The notes beneath the pieces are model-generated. The model did no database searches. It had not been told where the DNA came from and saw nothing but the letters and a program-made list of their open reading frames with translations. A program made the translations under genes and the position numbers. 39,508 nt of DNA from a virus (lineage: Duplodnaviria; Caudoviricetes): positions 1 through 39,508 of the IMG/VR virus record IMGVR_UViG_3300027373_000001, one strand, 5' to 3'. This document shows, piece after piece, positions 17,268 through 26,801 of this stretch (within the stretch, counting starts at the first letter, position 1; each line of letters opens with the position of its first letter).

Positions 17268-18250
17268 TAACCCAGGCGAAGGCTCTGGCCCGCATGGAGG
17301 TAGAGACGCGCAAGGAAATGCGCCGCCTCGAGGACGCCTATAATTCGGAGCTCGCAGACCTTTGGCAGGGAACGCTGAAAAATATCAGCGACTGCATAAT
17401 GCGGAACTACCGGCAGGACTTCGGCCGGGAGAAGTGGGACATCACCGCGGCGCATGCCAAGGGCACCCTCGGCCGCATTCAGTCCGAGACCGCTTTCCTC
17501 GTGGGCCAGTTCAAAGAGCAGGCGGCGGCTCTCATCCGCCGCGGCCTCGGCCACATCCACCAGGAGGAACGCCTCCGGGCCCTCTGGATGATAGACCAGA
17601 CCACGCCCGGCAGCTACACGCCCCGGGCGCCGTTCTCTCCGGCCCGGGAGGCCGACAATCCCCGGGAAGCCAAGGCATCGTGGAACGACGCGCTCTCTAC
17701 CTGGATGGAGACCTTCCACACCAACCTCAACACCAACCTCCGCATGGAAGCCCTGCACGAAGGCGACCTTCACGACGCCGCGGAAGAAGCGGCCTCCACC
17801 CGAGTCGACAACTTCGACCCGGCCTACAAGCTCAAGTCGATGTTCGCCACCTCCGCTATCAAAGAACAGGCCGACGCCAGGCGGGTTGTGTTCGAAAGCA
17901 ACGAGGACGTGATGGAGGTGGAGGTCTGGCAGACGATGGAGGACGGAATAGTCTGTCCCATCTGCGAGGAATATGACGGCAAGCCGCTCTCCGAGGTAAA
18001 CGACTCTATCCCGGCGCATTACAACTGCCGCTGCTATTCCCGCTTCGTGCCTGTCGCCTATTCGAAGATGCTGTCCTCCGGAGACCCGGCCGAGAAAGAG
18101 ATGGCCTTGCGGATGGACGACGCCGGCCTGATAGAGGACGCGCTGCCGATCATCTCCGAAAAGACCGGGGAACTTATCGGCCGCGCCATCGTGCGCTTTG
18201 AAGATTGGAAATCCGAGCGGGGCTACAACATCAGCGGACAAGGAGAATAA
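17264..18250 (+). CDS. head morphogenesis protein (SPP1 gp7 / Mu gpF-like)
   Basis: W.T.ED..VCPIC...DGK...PAHYNCRC. Confidence 0.88.
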   Translation: MITQAKALARMEVETRKEMRRLEDAYNSELADLWQGTLKNISDCIMRNYRQDFGREKWDITAAHAKGTLGRIQSETAFLVGQFKEQAAALIRRGLGHIHQEERLRALWMIDQTTPGSYTPRAPFSPAREADNPREAKASWNDALSTWMETFHTNLNTNLRMEALHEGDLHDAAEEAASTRVDNFDPAYKLKSMFATSAIKEQADARRVVFESNEDVMEVEVWQTMEDGIVCPICEEYDGKPLSEVNDSIPAHYNCRCYSRFVPVAYSKMLSSGDPAEKEMALRMDDAGLIEDALPIISEKTGELIGRAIVRFEDWKSERGYNISGQGE

Positions 18251-18252
18251 TC

Positions 18253-18726
18253 ATGGCGGAAAAAGACGTGCTGGCGGCGGTGGGAGAACAGTCCGAGAAC
18301 GTACTCAACAAAGCGACTATGAACGTGGAGCTGTGCCAGACCTATATGGCCCTAGTCAGCCTCTGCGCTCTCGAGTGCAACAGGCGCGGGTGCAACATGG
18401 GCGGCCTGCAGATGGGCAACGTGCTCATGACCGGCAACCGCATGGTCGCCAAGGTCACCTTCTCCAAGCTGATAATCCCGGGCTCCCGGATACCGGAGGC
18501 AAGCCCCAATTCGTCGCGCCTAGTCGACTTCCTCCACCGGGAGGCGCACGGCCTCTGGATGTTCCTGCAGAAGAATCCCTGCCTGATAAAATTCCTTGAG
18601 CAGGTGGTCGAGCGCATGGACACCTACTGCAGGGACAAAGGGAAGAAGTTCGAGGAGATAAATTTCTCCAAGGCATTCATGAGCAAAGAGGACGATATCG
18701 TTCTCGAAATAAACACGGAGGCTTGA
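18253..18726 (+). CDS. hypothetical protein
   Basis: AAGGAG RBS before ATG 18253. Confidence 0.65.
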   Translation: MAEKDVLAAVGEQSENVLNKATMNVELCQTYMALVSLCALECNRRGCNMGGLQMGNVLMTGNRMVAKVTFSKLIIPGSRIPEASPNSSRLVDFLHREAHGLWMFLQKNPCLIKFLEQVVERMDTYCRDKGKKFEEINFSKAFMSKEDDIVLEINTEA

Positions 18727-18751
18727 CAAACATGAATCCATCTGATAAACT
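18723..18751 (+). promoter_or_regulatory. sigma70-type promoter
   Basis: TTGACA, 17-nt spacer ending TGA, TAAACT. Confidence 0.6.
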
Positions 18752-18908
18752 CAATACATCAGAACAGCAGAAAGAGGCAAACCTGATATTCAGCAAGCTG
18801 GCCCCGGTGATAGCGGAGATGATGGCCAGAAAAGACAGCGGTGAGATAGTAATCTACTTCCACGAGGGACAGTTCAAGCGGGCGAAAAAGACGGTCACGG
18901 TGCAGTAG
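18732..18908 (+). CDS. small YezD/DUF2292-like protein
   Basis: GEIVIYFHEGQ motif; start uncertain. Confidence 0.5.
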   Translation: MNPSDKLNTSEQQKEANLIFSKLAPVIAEMMARKDSGEIVIYFHEGQFKRAKKTVTVQ

Positions 18909-18926
18909 CAGTAGGGGCCTCCGATC

Positions 18927-18960
18927 AAAAGGACCTCCGAGCAATCGGGGTCCTTTTTTT
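18927..18960 (+). terminator. intrinsic terminator
   Basis: AAAA-GGACCTCCGA-GCAA-TCGGGGTCC-TTTTTTT. Confidence 0.85.
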
Positions 18961-19048
18961 ATGGCGAAAAAGAAAGAAGGCTACTGCGAAAAGCACCCGG
19001 ACAAGCGCAAGGTGCGCGAAGTCGAAAGGCACGGAGACAAAAAGAAAA

Positions 19049-20356
19049 ATGGCTAAACCCTCTCCCAAATTCCCCCGCCGCATTCGCGAATCGAAGCTGG
19101 CCGATAAGTCCTCCATCAACGTTCACATACTCGAATCCTCCCGCCTCCTCGAAGCCCTCCCTGACGGCCCCAACGGCGAAAAGATATTCAAGGTCTGCCT
19201 CATAACCGAGGGCCTGGGCAACCGCCGCAACATGAACTACTACGGCCCCGAAGCCATAGAGTCGGCGGCCATGGTCTACGAGGGCAAGTCCTGCTACATC
19301 AACCATCAGTCGCTTGACGGCGAGGTCAACCTGCCCGAGCGCGACGTGCGCGATAAGGCCGGGTACTGGAAAAACCTCTCTATATCCGAAGTAGGCGGCC
19401 GCAAGGCTTGCATCGGAGAACTGCACTGCGACCTTTCCGAGTCCGGCCGCTTCCTGGCCGAGAAAGTGCAGAGCGCCCTCCACTACAAGAAAGAGTTCCC
19501 GGACAACGATATCGAGTACTGCGGATTCTCCGTCAACGGTGACGGCGACGCCGAGCGCAAAGAAGTGGACGTGGACGGCGAGAAAGTGTCAGTCAACTAC
19601 GTGACGGCATTCACCGAAGAGAGCGAGTCGTGCGATTTAGTAACTACCCCCGCAAGGGGCGGAAAGGCTTTATCGGCCATCCGTGAAAGCAAAACACAGG
19701 ACAAGGAGAACGTGATGAAGAACGTAAAGAAGCTGCTGGAAGCGGCGCTCACGAAGCTCACGGAATCGGCCAAGAAGCTGACCGCCGAGCAGAAGAAGCC
19801 GCTGCAGGAGAGCATGAAGGTCCTCACCGAAGCCGTGAAAGCGGTGGAGGCCGAGGGCGAAGGCGAAGAGATGAGCGAAGGCGAAGAGATGAGCGAAGCC
19901 GACCAGATGGACGCCATCCTTGCCCGCCGCGAGGGCGAGTCCGAAGCCGATCACTCGGCCAGGATGAAGGTCCTCGGCGACAAGATCGCCGGGATGATAG
20001 GCGCCGAGGAAGCCAACCCGGAACCCGAGGGCGAAGAGAAGGAAGAAGAGAAGCCCCTGAAGCCCATGGAGTCCGAGCGCAAGCTGACCGCCGACGACCT
20101 CGAGCGCAACCTGCTGGCGATAAAGTCCCTCGTCAAAGAGTCCGAACTCCCCGAGGACTGCTACACGGAGAAGCGCTACTCCGAACTGGCCCGCATGCCT
20201 TTCGCCAGGGCCAAGGCCGCCATCGAGAGCGACGCCAAGCTGGCCGCTTCAATCCTGCGCGAGGCCGACATCCCCGTCGCCTCTCTCCGCTCCGGCACCC
20301 GCGAAACGGGCAACCGCAAGAGCGCTTTCGTGGAGTCTTTCAAGGAGGCTAACTAA
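19049..20356 (+). CDS. prohead protease-scaffold fusion
   Basis: N-terminal NRRNMNYY, YINH, GFSVNG, DLVTTPARGGK; acidic helical C-terminus. Confidence 0.85.
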   Translation: MAKPSPKFPRRIRESKLADKSSINVHILESSRLLEALPDGPNGEKIFKVCLITEGLGNRRNMNYYGPEAIESAAMVYEGKSCYINHQSLDGEVNLPERDVRDKAGYWKNLSISEVGGRKACIGELHCDLSESGRFLAEKVQSALHYKKEFPDNDIEYCGFSVNGDGDAERKEVDVDGEKVSVNYVTAFTEESESCDLVTTPARGGKALSAIRESKTQDKENVMKNVKKLLEAALTKLTESAKKLTAEQKKPLQESMKVLTEAVKAVEAEGEGEEMSEGEEMSEADQMDAILARREGESEADHSARMKVLGDKIAGMIGAEEANPEPEGEEKEEEKPLKPMESERKLTADDLERNLLAIKSLVKESELPEDCYTEKRYSELARMPFARAKAAIESDAKLAASILREADIPVASLRSGTRETGNRKSAFVESFKEAN

Positions 20357-20358
20357 CC

Positions 20359-20859
20359 ATGGCCACATCCGCACGCGATAACATCGTCAAAGCCGTCGGC
20401 TTCGACGTCAAGAAACTGAACTATCCTCACATCAAGGATGGCACGTTCGACTACAACCAGGGCGACCTGCTGTGGTTCGACGCTTCCGCCAAGATCGTGA
20501 AGGCCCTCGACAGCGACGCTCACGCCGCCTACCTGGCCGGCGTGGCCCTGCGCAGCGCGTTCCTCGCGCCGTACACCGCCCAGAACCTCTCGGGCGGGCC
20601 CGGCATCCAGAAGAACTACTACAACGACGCCCTGGTGGGCATCGGCTGCATCGCCTCGCTCAAGACGACTGTGGGCGAAACCTACGAGGACGGCACCGCC
20701 CTGTACGCAGGCGCAGACGCCCAGACCGTCACCACCGTGGCGGGTTCCCACTCCGTAGGCGTGGTCAAGCTGCCCTCCGGCGGCTCGGCCGTCACCGGCG
20801 CCGCGGGCGTCGAAGTCCCGGTCCTGGTAATACCCCAGATCCCGGTTCAGTCCCTCTAA
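20359..20859 (+). CDS. capsid decoration/cement protein
   Basis: Position between scaffold and MCP; GDLLW...LAGVA...G.ALY pattern. Confidence 0.65.
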   Translation: MATSARDNIVKAVGFDVKKLNYPHIKDGTFDYNQGDLLWFDASAKIVKALDSDAHAAYLAGVALRSAFLAPYTAQNLSGGPGIQKNYYNDALVGIGCIASLKTTVGETYEDGTALYAGADAQTVTTVAGSHSVGVVKLPSGGSAVTGAAGVEVPVLVIPQIPVQSL

Positions 20860-20883
20860 TTTAGAGGAAGGAGAAACATAGAC

Positions 20884-22113
20884 ATGAGCAAGATTAACCT
20901 CAAAGAGACTGCGGCCGGCAAGACGGCCCAGCGCCTGCGCGAATCGACCACCGGCAAGTGGGAGAAAATGCAGGCCAAGGTTCTCGAGTCGCTGCAGGGC
21001 CAGATACAGAAGGCTTACGGCGTCGACATCGAGGACAACGACATGAAAGAGCTGTTGGACATCACCGACCCCAACTTCTCCATCAAGTCCTTCCGCGAGA
21101 GCGCCTACCGCTTCTTCGGCAAGATCAAGGAAGCGAACGCCGAGGGCGGGCTGGCCCAGCTGCTCCGCACCGGCATCCAGCTGGCGATCAACAAGGAGTA
21201 CCAGGCCGTCGAGACCAACTTCGAGGAGATAGTCAGCTACATCCCCTCGAACAAGGCCATCGAGATGTACGCCCCGCTCTACCGCGCCGGCTTCATGGGC
21301 GACGTAGAGGAAGGCGACGAGCCTCCGAGGCTCTCCGCCAAGGGCGCGGATATCCAAATCCGCAACCGCAAGAAGGCCGCCATCTTCGAAGTCACCGAAG
21401 AGATGTGGGAAGACGACCAGACCGGCCAGATACAGGAGCAGGCGAACCAGATAGGCGAGAACGCCAAAATCCTCAAGGATTCCATCTGCTTCGTCCGCTG
21501 GCTGGGCAAAGCGGGCACGGACGCCGGCGGCAACGCCATCTCCGCCTCGCAGACCGGCGCCCAGGCGGGCGAGTCCACCTGGCCGTTCAACACCGCCTTC
21601 TCCAACGGCGGCGGCAAGAACAGGCTGTCCACCTACGCGGTGTTCTCGATGAATAACCTCATCGCGCTGCGCCAGCTGGCCCGCCAGATGAAAGACCCCA
21701 AGGGTAACAAGATGCTCGTGAACCCCGACACCCTGGTCGGCGGTTCCGCCCTGACCGAAGCCTTCGAAGAACTGATGACCTCGGACTTCTACGCGTCGAC
21801 CTCGGCCATCAACGTGGCCGGGACCACCGTGGGCACCGGAGTCGGTACCAACTACGCGAAGAACATCCTCAAGGGCAAGTACAACCCGGTCAACAGCATC
21901 TGGCTGCCTGACCACGCCTACGGCGTAATGCAGGCCGGCAAGGGCTTCCGCCTGCAGCAGAGGCGCCCCCTGCGCGTGATGCAGGAGAACCCGGCCTCCG
22001 GCCCGGCGTTCACCTGCTCGGTGTTCCGCTTCAAGATCGACGAACGCTACGAGGTCGACTGGACGGAGCCCCGGTTCGCGGTCCTCGGCAACGACGGCAC
22101 CGTGACCTCCTGA
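20884..22113 (+). CDS. major capsid protein (HK97 fold, Mu gpT-like)
   Basis: FEVTEEMWEDDQTGQI, QMKDPKGNKMLVNPDTLV; strong RBS; terminator follows. Confidence 0.9.
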   Translation: MSKINLKETAAGKTAQRLRESTTGKWEKMQAKVLESLQGQIQKAYGVDIEDNDMKELLDITDPNFSIKSFRESAYRFFGKIKEANAEGGLAQLLRTGIQLAINKEYQAVETNFEEIVSYIPSNKAIEMYAPLYRAGFMGDVEEGDEPPRLSAKGADIQIRNRKKAAIFEVTEEMWEDDQTGQIQEQANQIGENAKILKDSICFVRWLGKAGTDAGGNAISASQTGAQAGESTWPFNTAFSNGGGKNRLSTYAVFSMNNLIALRQLARQMKDPKGNKMLVNPDTLVGGSALTEAFEELMTSDFYASTSAINVAGTTVGTGVGTNYAKNILKGKYNPVNSIWLPDHAYGVMQAGKGFRLQQRRPLRVMQENPASGPAFTCSVFRFKIDERYEVDWTEPRFAVLGNDGTVTS

Positions 22114-22132
22114 TAGCAGGAACCTGTAAAAT

Positions 22133-22167
22133 AGAGGGGGGCCGGTTTAACCCCGGCCCCCCTTTTT
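22133..22167 (+). terminator. intrinsic terminator after the MCP gene
   Basis: GGGGGCCGG-loop-CCGGCCCCC followed by a T-run. Confidence 0.8.
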
Positions 22168-22181
22168 AAGGAGTCTTCCAA

Positions 22182-22553
22182 ATGCTGAAAAATCCCCCTC
22201 TTCTGACCGGCGCTTTCGAGTTTACCGCCACCGGCCAGATTATCGCTTTACCCGATGTCCTGGCCTACGACATCCCGACCAAGTACTCCCTGCAGGTGAC
22301 CGGCGTGGACGCCGCGGGCGCCGCGGCGGCCCCTTCCGCATGGGACGTGCTTCTCCTGGCCAGCCTGGACGGCGTGACCTACACCGAGGCTTCCAAGATA
22401 CTCGAGCACGTGAACACCTCCAACGGCAACGGAGACGTAGTGTTCTCGGCCGGCAGCTTCTACCCCGCCCGGGCGTGGGCCATCAAGTGCAAGGCCCTCA
22501 CGCTGGGAGCCACGGCCACCAAGATAAAGGTCGCCCTCCTCGGGGTGAAATGA
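22182..22553 (+). CDS. hypothetical virion-associated beta-rich protein
   Basis: AAGGAG RBS; ASLDGVTY motif. Confidence 0.6.
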   Translation: MLKNPPLLTGAFEFTATGQIIALPDVLAYDIPTKYSLQVTGVDAAGAAAAPSAWDVLLLASLDGVTYTEASKILEHVNTSNGNGDVVFSAGSFYPARAWAIKCKALTLGATATKIKVALLGVK

Positions 22554-23020
22554 TGAAACGCGGAACCCGCCCTGCCTCCCGGTCCCGGCGCATAGAAGTG
22601 CGCTCTCCCGAGGAAACGCCCTCTCCCGAATCGCTGGAGAGGGCGGAGTCACGTCAGGACCAGGCGGACGTGGCCGCCGTAGACCAGAAGCAGGCCGAGG
22701 AACGCGCCACGGACAAGATAGGCTCCGCGGTAGACTACGGCCCCTACGTAACCGACCAGAGCCCCACACAGGTATTCGGGGCGGGCGTAATAGACCTGTT
22801 CGGCGGCGACGTTTCCCGCATTCCCAAGTGGATGTTCAAGCGCTGGTACTTCCGGGACAAGATCATCATCGACTTCTTCCATACCCAGAGGGCCTACAAT
22901 GAGGCGGACGTGGAAAGCCGCCGCAAGATGGCCCGGAAATTCAACGTTCGCTATGCCGCCCTCGGGCCCGGAATGTCCTACATGACAGACCTGCCCCAGC
23001 AGCTCGGGATAAGGAACTGA
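22550..23020 (+). CDS. hypothetical protein
   Basis: ATGA-coupled ORF in the head-tail region. Confidence 0.6.
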   Translation: MMKRGTRPASRSRRIEVRSPEETPSPESLERAESRQDQADVAAVDQKQAEERATDKIGSAVDYGPYVTDQSPTQVFGAGVIDLFGGDVSRIPKWMFKRWYFRDKIIIDFFHTQRAYNEADVESRRKMARKFNVRYAALGPGMSYMTDLPQQLGIRN

Positions 23021-23021
23021 A

Positions 23022-23669
23022 ATGTCCGCCACCGACTACACCGCGTTGATAGCCCGCATTCGCGTAGAAGCGAACGACACGGCTACGAGCAACCCGAAGA
23101 TGGGGGATACCCCTGTCGGACTCCGGGACGGCTCCAACGCGGTTTTTCGGCTGGCCTACGGCAACCCGGTGGCAGACAGCCTCAAGCTTACCTACGGCGC
23201 AACCTCCCGCTCATCGAGCGGGTTTACCCTTTTAGATTCCGCCAGCGGCTACATCCAAATGACCGCCGCGCCCGACTCCGGCGCAACCCAGCCGTTCTTC
23301 TTCGACTACTTTTTCCAATGGTTCACGGACGCCGACTACCAGCAGATGATAGACGGTGCCACGGAGGACATTGGCGGCGTGGCCGGGACGGCCGCAGACG
23401 CCGGCCTTAACTCGGCCCTGGTCCAGTTCGCCCTTGCCCGCTTTTGGAAGCGCCGGGCTTCCAACTACGCCCACCTTTACGCCACGGCCGGCGGCAATGC
23501 CAACGCCAACCCCGAGTCCGTGACAGCGCAGTTCCTTTCCCTCGCCAAGGCTGCCACCAGCGAGGGCATCCGCTTGATGAACGCCTTCTACACGCGCCAT
23601 GGCAAGCGGCAGGCTCCGGCCTCGGGTACGATCACCCACAAGATATCACCCTACACGCCGCGGAGGTAA
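23022..23669 (+). CDS. head-tail adaptor with inserted beta domain
   Basis: LIARIRVEAND...[GLRDGSNAVF insert]...WFTDADYQQMI; position. Confidence 0.7.
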   Translation: MSATDYTALIARIRVEANDTATSNPKMGDTPVGLRDGSNAVFRLAYGNPVADSLKLTYGATSRSSSGFTLLDSASGYIQMTAAPDSGATQPFFFDYFFQWFTDADYQQMIDGATEDIGGVAGTAADAGLNSALVQFALARFWKRRASNYAHLYATAGGNANANPESVTAQFLSLAKAATSEGIRLMNAFYTRHGKRQAPASGTITHKISPYTPRR

Positions 23670-23671
23670 AC

Positions 23672-24268
23672 ATGGGCCTGTTCAAATTCCGGCTCGATGT
23701 CACCCCGCAGAACTTCGAAAAACTGACCGAGATAAGGGCCAGGCTCGAAGATTTTTCCGTGGTGTTCTCCAACATCATAGACGAATGGGCAAAGGGCAAC
23801 GTCAAGCGCAAGTTCGCCCGGGCCATAGGCGGCGAGAAGAAAGGCGTAGACCAGATTATGACCCGCTGGGAGCCCGTGTCCGAGGCGTATTACCGCCAGA
23901 AGCACGGCCCTATAGTGCGCGGCAACAGGCAGCTCTATCCCGACTGGCTGATGGTCAAGACCGGGAACCTGATGAACACGCTGGGCACCCGCGGCCTGTT
24001 CGCCGAGTTTATAGACAAGAAGCGGGCCGTATTCGGCACCCCGCTCAATGACGAGGCCGAGGCGGCCGCCCTGGGCAACCAGGAAACCCGTCCCACCGTG
24101 TTCCTCGATCGCACCGACCGCAACGTTATCCGCCGGGAGCTGCAGCGGTACCTCTCGCTGGGTGAGAACTACAAGAGCCTGATGTGGGCCATGGCGGGCC
24201 GCAAGACCGCGCTGATGAAGGAATCCCGGCAGCTCGATATTGCCTTTGCGGAGACGATAGGCGTATGA
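23672..24268 (+). CDS. neck / virion morphogenesis protein (Mu gpG-like)
   Basis: WEPVSEAY..QK, MVKTGNLMNTL, FGT, RP motifs. Confidence 0.7.
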   Translation: MGLFKFRLDVTPQNFEKLTEIRARLEDFSVVFSNIIDEWAKGNVKRKFARAIGGEKKGVDQIMTRWEPVSEAYYRQKHGPIVRGNRQLYPDWLMVKTGNLMNTLGTRGLFAEFIDKKRAVFGTPLNDEAEAAALGNQETRPTVFLDRTDRNVIRRELQRYLSLGENYKSLMWAMAGRKTALMKESRQLDIAFAETIGV

Positions 24269-24792
24269 ACACTAAGATCCAGACGAACCTTATCTCCCGG
24301 GACCAAGTCTCCGGCCTGCAGAACACCACGGACTACCTGACCGAGATACTGCTGGGCCTCTGCAAGACCTACGTTCCCGGCCTCTCTACGCTTTACAAGG
24401 GCCTGCGGCCGATCAGTGCCAACGACGTCAACGTGCCCTGCGCCATGATCCAGCCTGTCGGCGTAGACGCCCGCATGATAACCACCGCTAAGTTCCAGCG
24501 GCTTTACACTTTCGATTTCTGGTATGTGGTGGGCGACAGCACCGTAGAGAACACGGTTATCAAGGCTGGGGACGTGGCCGAGATATTCATGAAGCTGTTC
24601 AGCAACAACGCACTCAACGATTTGGAAGCGGCCGCCACCAACAAGTTCAAGAACAACGGGACCGATTGGGTAGACAGCGAAATGACCCGCATCGAGTGCA
24701 GCGTTCCGTTCGAGCTGGGGCGGCCTAACGCGCCGCGGTTCGTCGCGCTGGGCAATTTCCAGCTGCGACTGCAGAGAGTAACGTTAGTCTAA
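24265..24792 (+). CDS. tail completion/terminator protein
   Basis: Position before the tail tube; VPCAMIQP motif. Confidence 0.6.
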   Translation: MNTKIQTNLISRDQVSGLQNTTDYLTEILLGLCKTYVPGLSTLYKGLRPISANDVNVPCAMIQPVGVDARMITTAKFQRLYTFDFWYVVGDSTVENTVIKAGDVAEIFMKLFSNNALNDLEAAATNKFKNNGTDWVDSEMTRIECSVPFELGRPNAPRFVALGNFQLRLQRVTLV

Positions 24793-24805
24793 AAGGAGAA
24801 TCACA

Positions 24806-26116
24806 ATGTTCACAGGCATATTCGGTAAGGCGGGTCTCGCCAAGGAATCCGTAAAAGGCACCTTCGTGGAACCCACGAAGTTCATGCGCTTTATCCCTCC
24901 CTTCCAGTTCAGCAGGGATATTGAGCTTATCATCTCGCAGGGCATCAGCGGCCTGGCCGACATGGTGACCAAGGTGGCGCAGGGCGCCGCGGCGCTCAAG
25001 TCCGGCAAGATAAACTTCGAGGTTGAGCCGGAGGGAGGCCTCGGCGAACACCTGAACGCGATATTCGGCACCGACACCGTGACCGAAACCGCCAACTTCA
25101 CGGTGACCCTCAACGCCAACGACACCATCGACTTCACGGAAGATGGCGGCCTTGAGGTTTCGGCCGTGCTTACCCCCGGCACCTACGCCATGGGCGCCAG
25201 CTCGGCCGTGGCCGGGTCCCTGTGCAAGCTGATAAAGGACCAGATGGAGGCCGCCAACGGCACTGCGGCGACCTACACGGTGACCTACTCCTACACGACC
25301 AAGAAGCTGACGATCACCAAGGACTCGGGCGTGTTCGTATTCAAGTGGGCGACCGGCACCAACACCGCCAAGTCGGCAAAGACCCTGCTGGGCTTCACCA
25401 ACGCCGACACGGCCTCCGCCATAGCGGCCACGTCCGACAGCACGACCGGCAACTTCATAATGAGCCACGCCTTCTCCCGGCTGGCCAACGCGGAACTGCC
25501 CACCTACTCGTGGTGGCAGAAGAACGGCGCCAACTACCCGCAGTTCGCAGGCTGCGCCCTGAACTCCCTCGAGTTCGACATCAAGGCTAAGGAGTTCGTG
25601 ATCGCCTCGGCCGATTGGGCGGGCCTCAAATACGAGGCGGGCGGCACGGACAAGACCTCTTCCTTCTCCGCCAAGCAGCCGTTCAAGTTCAACCAGGCGG
25701 CGCTCACCGTGGGCGGTTCCTCCGTCAAGGACTACGAGGAGGTCAAGATAAAGTTCGCCGACAACGTGGACCTGCTCCACGTGATAGGCGACGGCATCGA
25801 CGCCAGCAAGAGTTATTCGAAAGGCACAATGGTGACCATCTCGGCCAGCATGATCGTGGAGAACACGACCGAATGGGACAAGTTTATAGCCGGGACGGCC
25901 TCGTCTTTCGCCTTTGCCATCACGGGCTCCGAACTCGCCGGCGGCGTGACCCCGTTCAGCCTGGCGTTCGACATCCCCGAGGTTTACTATCAGGCCGCGC
26001 CCATCCCGATAGGCAACGACCTCATCAAGATAGCGTTCACGGCCGTGGCGAAGTACAACGTTGCGGCGGGCTACACGGCCAAGGCGACCCTCGTCAACAA
26101 CGAGGCGCAGTACTAA
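24806..26116 (+). CDS. tail tube protein with internal inserted domain
   Basis: GLAKES..GT.VEPT, SGKINFE, LPTYS, FAGCALNSLEF; precedes the chaperone and TMP. Confidence 0.85.
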   Translation: MFTGIFGKAGLAKESVKGTFVEPTKFMRFIPPFQFSRDIELIISQGISGLADMVTKVAQGAAALKSGKINFEVEPEGGLGEHLNAIFGTDTVTETANFTVTLNANDTIDFTEDGGLEVSAVLTPGTYAMGASSAVAGSLCKLIKDQMEAANGTAATYTVTYSYTTKKLTITKDSGVFVFKWATGTNTAKSAKTLLGFTNADTASAIAATSDSTTGNFIMSHAFSRLANAELPTYSWWQKNGANYPQFAGCALNSLEFDIKAKEFVIASADWAGLKYEAGGTDKTSSFSAKQPFKFNQAALTVGGSSVKDYEEVKIKFADNVDLLHVIGDGIDASKSYSKGTMVTISASMIVENTTEWDKFIAGTASSFAFAITGSELAGGVTPFSLAFDIPEVYYQAAPIPIGNDLIKIAFTAVAKYNVAAGYTAKATLVNNEAQY

Positions 26117-26130
26117 ACGGAGGTGGTGGC

Positions 26131-26484
26131 ATGGAGATCAAGAGGCAGAACTCGAAGCCGCTGGAATGCAAGTACGAGGACGTCACGTTCTTCGTCAAGC
26201 CGGTGGCAAGCGAAGAAGACCGAATGGTGGTGGCCCTGTCCGGACTTTCGGACGGGGCCATGGTGCGCTTCTCGAAGCCGGATTACTGCAAGACCGTAAT
26301 ACAGTGCATGGTGACCGGCTGGAAAGGCGTGACGGAGGGCGGCAAGGCGGTGCCATATTCGTTCGATCTGCTGGCCGACTTTCCCCGGGTGGAAGGCAAG
26401 AACGTCTACCTGGAACTCGGCGCTTTCATAATCGAACACACGGACATCAGCAAGGGCGCGGGTGGCTCTCTAAAAAAAGATTAG
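26131..26484 (+). CDS. tail assembly chaperone (gpG-like)
   Basis: VTGWKGV...VPYS motif; GGAGG RBS; ends LKKD at a slippery site. Confidence 0.8.
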   Translation: MEIKRQNSKPLECKYEDVTFFVKPVASEEDRMVVALSGLSDGAMVRFSKPDYCKTVIQCMVTGWKGVTEGGKAVPYSFDLLADFPRVEGKNVYLELGAFIIEHTDISKGAGGSLKKD

Positions 26485-26801
26485 CGGCAGCCGTCGACTG
26501 GATAGTCCGCGGAAACAACTTCGACTGCCGCAGAGAGGACTGCAAGCGGAAACCCGGCCAGGACTGTCCTCATTGCGGGATGCCGGACGTTCGCAAGGAC
26601 GTCCGGTATATCCTCGACCTGTACTCTCGCTGCCGCGCCAACCGCACCCTGCCCTACGCCGGCGGCATACTCGAACAGCCCGCCTGGATAATGGACCTCT
26701 TCGAGGTCGTGGATAATATCAAGGCGGAGTACCACGAAAAACAAGCGCAGAAAGAACGGCTCGAGTCCGAATTAGAGGCGAAAAAAAATGGAAGACCCTA
26801 A
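26472..26801 (+). CDS. -1 frameshift extension of the tail chaperone (gpGT-like)
   Basis: A AAA AAA at 26472-26478; -1 frame open to 26801 with LPYAGGILEQPAWIM. Confidence 0.8.
   Translation, partial: KKRLAAAVDWIVRGNNFDCRREDCKRKPGQDCPHCGMPDVRKDVRYILDLYSRCRANRTLPYAGGILEQPAWIMDLFEVVDNIKAEYHEKQAQKERLESELEAKKNGRP

Noticed and set aside
19857-19898. 18-bp duplication (EGEEMS x2) in the scaffold, and 9-bp duplication at 5831-5850
   Set aside because: Multiples of 3 with only two copies; they cannot switch frame.
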